A DNA stretch of 64,000 nucleotides, from contig PLDK01000003.1 in NCBI GenBank assembly GCA_003135135.1, positions 1,492 through 65,491 of the forward strand, written 5' to 3'. Source of the stretch: Deltaproteobacteria bacterium (GTDB lineage Bacteria; Desulfobacterota; Binatia; Binatales; Binataceae). The translations under genes were made by a program, and so were the position numbers. This document shows, in pieces, positions 58,005-64,000 of the stretch. A model generated the notes under the pieces. That model did no database searches and was not told where the DNA came from. It saw nothing but the letters and a program-made list of their open reading frames with translations. The number at the start of each line of letters is the position of its first letter. Position 1 is the first letter of the stretch.

Positions 58005-58376
58005 TTCGCTATCTCCGACGAGGTCGCGCACCCTCGCACTTTCTCTGCGCCCGGTCCGAGTCTTTCGCCCTGTCACTGCGCTGCCGTCGCAACGGCCGGT
58101 TCAGGGATGAACTGTTCAGCCTGCCCGCGCCGCTCCTCGCGTGCTAGTCGATCCCCTATGGTCAACACTCATCATAATCGCCGCGGCCATGCCTCCAGCA
58201 TCGGGGAACCTGCTCGCGAAAAATTATTTTTGACGGAACAAAGCTAGCCCTTGTGGCCCATACGTCACTAGACCACAAGCAATGATATGAATTGCCCCTT
58301 TCCCAGCCCTGACAAGATACGGCCTCCAGAGCGTCTGCGGACTCCGGTGCCTCGACTGTTTGCGCGATCGCCGGCG

Positions 58377-59648
58377 CTAGTCGAGATGCTTGCGCAGGAA
58401 GGTCGGGATGTCGAGCTTGTCGTCGCCGTCGAGCAGCGAATTCGGCTCGAGCTTCTCTCCATCCACCAGGCCCGCATCCTCGCCGCGGCGCCTGAAAGCC
58501 GGAATGTCCAGCGAGCTGTCGTCCACGACCATCCCCATCCTGCGCACCGGCTTGTTGCCCGGGAACATCCTGACCTGCCCGGCCTGGGCCGCCGGCTTGA
58601 CCTCCATCGGATCGACGGGCCGCGTCGAGGCCGCCGCGATCGGTGTGGTGACGGGAGCGCCCGACGGCGAATAGCGCGCCGGACCCCGGTCGAGATCGCC
58701 GAATCCTGTGGCGATAACCGTGACGCGAATCTCGTCGGTCATGGAGTCGTCGATCACGGCGCCGAAAATGATGTTCGCGTCCTCGTGCGCCTCTTCCTGG
58801 ATCAGGCTGGCCGCCTCGTTGACTTCGTAGAGCGCCATGTCCGGGCCGCCGGTCACGTTGATCAGCAGGCCGCGCGCGCCCTTGATCGAGACGTCTTCGA
58901 GCAGCGGGCTCGAGATCGCACGCTGCGCGGCCTCGACTGCGCGATTTTCGCCCGACGCTGTCGCCGCGCCCATCATCGCCATGCCCATCTCGGCCATGAT
59001 CGATCGCACGTCGGCAAAATCCAGATTGATCAGGCCATGGACGGTGACCAGTTCGGAAATACCGCGCACCGCCTGCAGCAGCACGTCGTCAGCCTTCTGA
59101 AACGATTCCTTCAACGAGGTATTTTTGCTCGCGACCGAGAGCAGGCGTTGATTGGGAATCGTGATGAGCGTATCGACGGCGTTCTTGAGCTCGCGCAGTC
59201 CTTCCTCCGCCTGTGCCATGCGGCGGCGTCCTTCGAACTGGAACGGCTTGGTTACGACACCGACGGTCAGCGCACCGAGCTCGCGCGCGACGCGGGCAAT
59301 CACCGGCGCAGAGCCGGTGCCGGTGCCGCCGCCCATCCCGGCGGTCACGAACACCATCTCCGCTTCCGACAGGATTTCGCGGATCCGTTCTTCGTCTTCG
59401 AGCGCGGCCTTGCGTCCGATTTCAGGATTGCCGCCGGTGCCGCGTCCGCGCGTGATCGCGTCGCCAATCTGAACGCGCAGCGCAGCATGATTATTCTGCA
59501 GCGCCTGGATGTCGGTATTCACGGCTATGAAATCGACGTTGCGCAGCCCCACATTGATCATGTGGTTGACCGCATTGCCACCGCATCCACCAGCGCCGAT
59601 TACCTTGATCCTCGCGCCCGGGTCGGGATTACTCACCAACTCAATCAT
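58377..59648 (-). CDS. ftsZ: Cell division protein FtsZ
   Basis: GGGTGTG tubulin signature and the NTD motifs. The GGAGGA RBS supports a start at MIELV; the ORF extends to 59738. Confidence 0.95.
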   Translation of the reverse strand: MIELVSNPDPGARIKVIGAGGCGGNAVNHMINVGLRNVDFIAVNTDIQALQNNHAALRVQIGDAITRGRGTGGNPEIGRKAALEDEERIREILSEAEMVFVTAGMGGGTGTGSAPVIARVARELGALTVGVVTKPFQFEGRRRMAQAEEGLRELKNAVDTLITIPNQRLLSVASKNTSLKESFQKADDVLLQAVRGISELVTVHGLINLDFADVRSIMAEMGMAMMGAATASGENRAVEAAQRAISSPLLEDVSIKGARGLLINVTGGPDMALYEVNEAASLIQEEAHEDANIIFGAVIDDSMTDEIRVTVIATGFGDLDRGPARYSPSGAPVTTPIAAASTRPVDPMEVKPAAQAGQVRMFPGNKPVRRMGMVVDDSSLDIPAFRRRGEDAGLVDGEKLEPNSLLDGDDKLDIPTFLRKHLD

Positions 59649-59716
59649 TACAGATCCTCCTCCACCACCTACTGGCAAAGCTTGTTGCCCGATTAAATTT
59701 TTCTTTCGGCGACTTC

Positions 59717-60934
59717 TCAAAAGAAGTCCCTCACCCAATCGCTAAGTCGCGAGCGCAGCCGTCCCAGCCGGCCCGTTCTTCCCACCCCGTTGCCAATTCC
59801 ACCCGCCGCGCTCTGGTGCAGCAGCAATCCCGCGGCCGTCGTGTACATCGGCTTCATCAGTTCTTCGGGCAGCCCCTTGAGGTTGATCGGAAGTCCGCGC
59901 CGCACCGGCACGCCGAAGATGCGCTCGGCCAGTTCCTGCGTGCCCTCCAGCAGCGAGGTGCCTCCGACCAGCACCACGCCCGAGGCAAGACCGTCGGAAA
60001 CCCCCGAGCGCAGCAGCTCGCGCTGCACCATCGTGAAAATCTCTTCCATCCGCGGCTCGATTATTTCGCCGAGCAAGCGGCGCGCGATCACCCGCGGTTC
60101 GCGTCCGCCGACCCCCGGCACCTGGACCATCTCTTCGCGGCGCACGACCTGGTTGGTCGCCACGCCGAAGGTAATCTTGAGCCGCTCCGCTTCGGAAATC
60201 GGCGTGCGCAATCCCGCGGCGATATCGCTGGTAAGATGGTTTCCGCCAACAGGCAGCACCGCGGTATGCATCACCGCGCCGCCATGAAACACGATGATGT
60301 CGGTGGTGCCGCCGCCCAGATCGATCAGCGCCACTCCGAGCTCGCGTTCCTCCGGAAACAGCGCCGCGTCCGCCGACGCCAGCGGCTGGAAGACCATCTC
60401 CGATGGCGTGACGCCCGCGCGCTCGCAGCACTTGGTGAGATTCTGGCCGTAGCTCTGCGCCGCGGTCACGATATGAATGCGCGCCTCGAGGCGCACTCCC
60501 GCCATCCCGCACGGCTCGCGCACGCCTTCCTGCTCATCGACCGCAAACTGCTGCGGCAGGATATGCAGCACTTGCCGATCGAGCGGGATTGCGACCGCGC
60601 GCGCCGCATCGATCACTCGATCCACATCGCGCGAACTGACTTCACCGCCGCGCACCGCGACGATCCCGTGGCTGTTGAGGCCCTTTATATGCGGTCCCGC
60701 AATCCCAACCACGGCCGAACCGACCCGCACGCCGGAAGTTTTCTCCGCTTCCGCGACCGCCAATCGGATCGCATCGACCGTCGCCTCGATATTGACCACC
60801 ACGCCCTTGCGCAACCCCGTGCACGGCGCGATGCCGTAACCGAGCGTCGCCAATTGGCCGTCGGGCAGCGACTCGCCGACGATTGCGCATACTTTGCTGG
60901 TGCCGACGTCCAATCCGGTGAGCAGATTTCTCAT
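59717..60934 (-). CDS. ftsA: Cell division protein FtsA
   Basis: Actin-like ATPase motifs (DVGTSKV..., DLGGGTTD). Confidence 0.95.
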   Translation of the reverse strand: MRNLLTGLDVGTSKVCAIVGESLPDGQLATLGYGIAPCTGLRKGVVVNIEATVDAIRLAVAEAEKTSGVRVGSAVVGIAGPHIKGLNSHGIVAVRGGEVSSRDVDRVIDAARAVAIPLDRQVLHILPQQFAVDEQEGVREPCGMAGVRLEARIHIVTAAQSYGQNLTKCCERAGVTPSEMVFQPLASADAALFPEERELGVALIDLGGGTTDIIVFHGGAVMHTAVLPVGGNHLTSDIAAGLRTPISEAERLKITFGVATNQVVRREEMVQVPGVGGREPRVIARRLLGEIIEPRMEEIFTMVQRELLRSGVSDGLASGVVLVGGTSLLEGTQELAERIFGVPVRRGLPINLKGLPEELMKPMYTTAAGLLLHQSAAGGIGNGVGRTGRLGRLRSRLSDWVRDFF

Positions 60935-61725
60935 CGCGTCACGGACTCCCCGCTCGGCTGGAGCGAAACTTTTCGAATCCCGGCTTTATGTTTTGAGTGG
61001 TTACCCTCGCCTGCATGCAGGCGCACGACCACCAGCCCCGGCGTAGTCAAATCGAGCGCGGCGATCAGGTTCTCGCGCCCCCGCCATTGCTGGCGCACCT
61101 TAGTCGCGCGCTGAAGTTCCGTCGTCGCGCGATCGAGATCGATCACCACTTCGGTGCGCTCGCGTTCCAGAAAAAGCGACGCGGTCGCGTCATCATTAAT
61201 TCGCATTTCCGAGATAATTTCGGAGAGCTGCGCCTCCGCGCGCACCAGCACCGCCGCATAATCGACCATCTGTGGTCCGCGCGCGTTGTCGAGCGCCGCG
61301 CCGCTCAGCACCGGCAGATCGCCCTGCACCCCGGGCGAGACCGGCCCGCGCAGCTCGCCGCCGCTGAACAGCTCGTAGAAGCCGTCGCGGCGCTCGACGA
61401 TCGCGATCGCGCCTTCACGCACGTCGCCCGCCGCCAGCGCCGCGCCGCCCGGTTCGTGGCTGGCGCGATGGTAAATTCCGGCGCGTCCGGCCCACTGGGT
61501 CAGCAACGCCGGGTAGCTCGCGGCGGCAGTGCGCGCGGGCGCGAGCGAATCCATTATTTGATTTCGATATGAGCTGAGGGTCGCGCAAGCTCTGAGCGCG
61601 ATTGCGCGGCCGGCCGTGCTGAATCCCGTCATCACGCCCAGCGTAAAAAAGGCGCACACGACCAGCCCGCCCAACCGCGGGCTCCATCCTGCCACCACCC
61701 TGCTTCCACCGCTGCGAACCGCCAC
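60931..61725 (-). CDS. ftsQ: Cell division protein FtsQ/DivIB (POTRA domain)
   Basis: Position between murB and ftsA, an N-terminal TM segment, and size. Confidence 0.7.
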   Translation of the reverse strand: MAVRSGGSRVVAGWSPRLGGLVVCAFFTLGVMTGFSTAGRAIALRACATLSSYRNQIMDSLAPARTAAASYPALLTQWAGRAGIYHRASHEPGGAALAAGDVREGAIAIVERRDGFYELFSGGELRGPVSPGVQGDLPVLSGAALDNARGPQMVDYAAVLVRAEAQLSEIISEMRINDDATASLFLERERTEVVIDLDRATTELQRATKVRQQWRGRENLIAALDLTTPGLVVVRLHAGEGNHSKHKAGIRKVSLQPSGESVTR

Positions 61726-61745
61726 CCCGCCACCTCAATCCCGCG

Positions 61746-62648
61746 TCACCAATCGCCGACCAGCTTAACCTCCGGTTCAAGCCAGACGCCGCTCTGCTCC
61801 TTGACCTTGTTGCGCGCCATGTCGATCAGCGCGCGCACTTCCGCGGCCTGAGCACCGCCAAGATTCACGATAAAATTTGCATGCTGATCGGAAAAAGCCG
61901 CGCCGCCCAGCCGCGTCCCCTTCAGACCCGCGCCTTCCAACAGCTTCCCCGCAAAATTGCCGGGCGGATTCTTGAAGATCGATCCCGCATTCGGCACGCC
62001 ACGCGGCTGGCGCGACGCACGCCTGGCCTTCAGCTCCGCGACTCGCGCCATCAGCTGTGCGCGATCGCCGCGAGCAAGCTCGAAATCGACGCGCGTGATT
62101 ACGAAGTGCGCCGGCAGCTCGGTGCGCCGGTATGCGAACTTGACTTCGTCCCTGGTCAGCGCAATCGCCTCGCCAGCCTCGCTGACGCCGTGGACCAGCG
62201 TGACCACCTTGGCGATTTCGCCGCCGAACGCGCCCGCGTTCATCACCAATCCGCCGCCGACCGTGCCGGGAATGCCCTCGCCGAATTCGAGCCCCTCAAG
62301 ACCCTGATCGACGACCGCCTGGACCAGGGCGCCGAACGCGGCAGCAGCGCCCGCGACGACTTTCGTGTCGTCAATTTTTATTTTGCCGAAGCCATCGCCA
62401 AGCCTCACGACCAACCCGCGCACCCCGCGATCGCTCACCAGCAGATTGGTCCCCGCGCCGAGGCACAAGCACGGCGGGCCAGCGCGATACGCCGCCGCCT
62501 TCGCGTGCATCAGCTCGGCTTCGTCCTCGACGGTGACGAACAAGTCCGCGGGCCCGCCAATGCGAAACGACGTCAGCTCGGCCAGCGGCATCGCGCAGCG
62601 GACTCGCTCGCCAAATTTCTCGCGCAGCTCGCGTTCAAGCGCCTTCAT
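61746..62648 (-). CDS. murB: UDP-N-acetylenolpyruvoylglucosamine reductase
   Basis: FAD-binding domain (FRIGGPADLF) and the MurB C-terminal domain. About 300 aa. Confidence 0.9.
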   Translation of the reverse strand: MKALERELREKFGERVRCAMPLAELTSFRIGGPADLFVTVEDEAELMHAKAAAYRAGPPCLCLGAGTNLLVSDRGVRGLVVRLGDGFGKIKIDDTKVVAGAAAAFGALVQAVVDQGLEGLEFGEGIPGTVGGGLVMNAGAFGGEIAKVVTLVHGVSEAGEAIALTRDEVKFAYRRTELPAHFVITRVDFELARGDRAQLMARVAELKARRASRQPRGVPNAGSIFKNPPGNFAGKLLEGAGLKGTRLGGAAFSDQHANFIVNLGGAQAAEVRALIDMARNKVKEQSGVWLEPEVKLVGDW

Positions 62649-64000
62649 GGATTTTGACCTCGGCGCTGAGCGCGTCCAGTACTTCGCCGCCCATCTTGTA
62701 GATATCGCCGGCGCCTAAAGTCGCGATCACGTCGCCCGCGCGCGAGCCTGACGCGATGCGCGCGGCGGGATCTTCCTCGGCGCCGAGGTAATGCACTTCG
62801 AGATGCCCCCGCGCACGCAACGCCTCGTACAGACGCCGCGCGGAGACATCGGCAATCGGCTCCTCGCCGGCCGGATACACGTCGAACAGGTAGAGCACGT
62901 CGGCATCGTCGAATGCCGACAGAAAATCGTCGAACAAATCGCGCAGCCGGGTGTATCGATGCGGCTGAAAGACTGCCACTACCCGGCGCTTGAACGATGC
63001 GCGCACCGCGGCCAGGGTGGCGCGCACCTCCGCCGGATGATGCGCATAGTCGTCGAGCACAATTCGCCCGGCCGCTTCGCCCTTGATCTCGAATCGCCGG
63101 CTGATTCCGCCGAACTTCGCCAGTGCCGACGCCGCACGCTCGAAACTGATTCCAATTTCCATCGCGACTGCGATCGCCGCGAGTGAGTTCATCGCAACAT
63201 GCACGCCCGGCGTCGGTATCGTCACTGTGCCAAGATGCTCGCCATTGCGAATCACCTCGAAGCGAGTGGAAAGACCGTCGATTACGATCTTCTCGGCGCG
63301 CAGATCCGCGTCCTGCGCAACACCGTAGGTCACCATCGGCTTGCGAATCGACGCCATCAGGCCGCGCACGTTCACACTGTCGATTCCCAGCACGGCAACG
63401 CCGTAGAACGGCACCCGGTTGATAAAGTCCGCAAACGCCTGCCGCACGCGATCCATCGTGCCGTAGTGATCGAGATGTTCCGGATCGATGTTCGTCACCA
63501 CCGCGATCGTCGGGATCAGCAGCAGAAACGATGCGTCGCTCTCGTCGGCCTCGGCAACCATGAAATCGCCGCGCCCCAGCCGGACGTTGGTGCCCGTGTT
63601 GCGAATATTTCCGCCCACCGCGACCGTGGGATCAAGGTCTGCTTCTTCCATGATCAACGCGATCAGACCGGTCGTGGTCGTCTTGCCATGAGTCCCCGCG
63701 ACCGCCACGCCGAGCTTGGCCATCCGCAGCAGCTCACCGAGCATCTCGGCGCGTGCGATTACCGGAATTTTCAGCTCGCGCGCTCGCGCAACTTCAGGAT
63801 TCGAAAATTTTATCGCCGACGAGATTACCACCGCGTCGATACCAGCCTCATCCTTCAGATGCGCCGGATGATGCCCCTGGCTGATTTGCGCACCCAGCGA
63901 CGCGAGCCGCGTGATCGTCGCCGATGGTTTCACATCGCATCCGCTGACCCGCATCCCGAGCTTCAGGCACAGTTCGGCGATTCCGCTCATGCCCGCGCCG
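62635..64000 (-). CDS. murC: UDP-N-acetylmuramate--L-alanine ligase, partial (N-terminus beyond the window end)
   Basis: Mur ligase motifs (GTHGKTTTT, central and C-terminal Mur domains). The frame stays open to position 64000. Confidence 0.9.
   Translation of the reverse strand, partial: GAGMSGIAELCLKLGMRVSGCDVKPSATITRLASLGAQISQGHHPAHLKDEAGIDAVVISSAIKFSNPEVARARELKIPVIARAEMLGELLRMAKLGVAVAGTHGKTTTTGLIALIMEEADLDPTVAVGGNIRNTGTNVRLGRGDFMVAEADESDASFLLLIPTIAVVTNIDPEHLDHYGTMDRVRQAFADFINRVPFYGVAVLGIDSVNVRGLMASIRKPMVTYGVAQDADLRAEKIVIDGLSTRFEVIRNGEHLGTVTIPTPGVHVAMNSLAAIAVAMEIGISFERAASALAKFGGISRRFEIKGEAAGRIVLDDYAHHPAEVRATLAAVRASFKRRVVAVFQPHRYTRLRDLFDDFLSAFDDADVLYLFDVYPAGEEPIADVSARRLYEALRARGHLEVHYLGAEEDPAARIASGSRAGDVIATLGAGDIYKMGGEVLDALSAEVKIHEGA

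Noticed and set aside
58287-61114. Long plus-strand ORFs (58287-59696 and 59816-61114)
   Set aside because: They are antisense to ftsZ and ftsA, whose identities are certain.

Overview
High-GC (~65%) bacterial chromosomal segment from a sigma-54-using, probably Gram-negative organism. It is densely coded on both strands. Core genes include pgi, GTP-dependent PEP carboxykinase, malic enzyme, panE and the ftsQ-ftsA-ftsZ / murB-murC division-wall cluster at the right edge.

The accessory content is what stands out:
- (1) A secretin-less Tad/Flp pilus operon (flp-cpaB-cpaE-cpaF-tadB-tadC-TPR), with an unlisted 59-aa Flp pilin and a candidate sigma-54 promoter.
- (2) An apparently undescribed lasso-peptide (RiPP) gene cluster beside tRNA-Lys. 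It encodes a PqqD-like recognition protein, an Asn-synthetase-like cyclase, a PRMT-like methyltransferase, an unlisted 56-aa precursor carrying the YxxPxLxxxG...T leader motif, an HPr-kinase-like tailoring kinase, a beta-helix secreted protein and a PF14907-type nucleotidyltransferase. No B2 leader peptidase is visible.
- (3) A 'sulfo' glycan locus: UDP-sulfoquinovose synthase (SQD1/SqdB), three GT2 glycosyltransferases and three tandem, translationally coupled sulfotransferases.
- (4) A B-family (ba3-type) haem-copper oxidase with its tiny subunit IIa.
- (5) Two paralogous sigma-54 activators that lack sensory domains.
- (6) A ~1.65 kb tandem duplication of a DUF1329-like secreted protein gene, two tRNAs, dispersed intergenic hairpin repeats, and a low-GC foreign-looking left edge.
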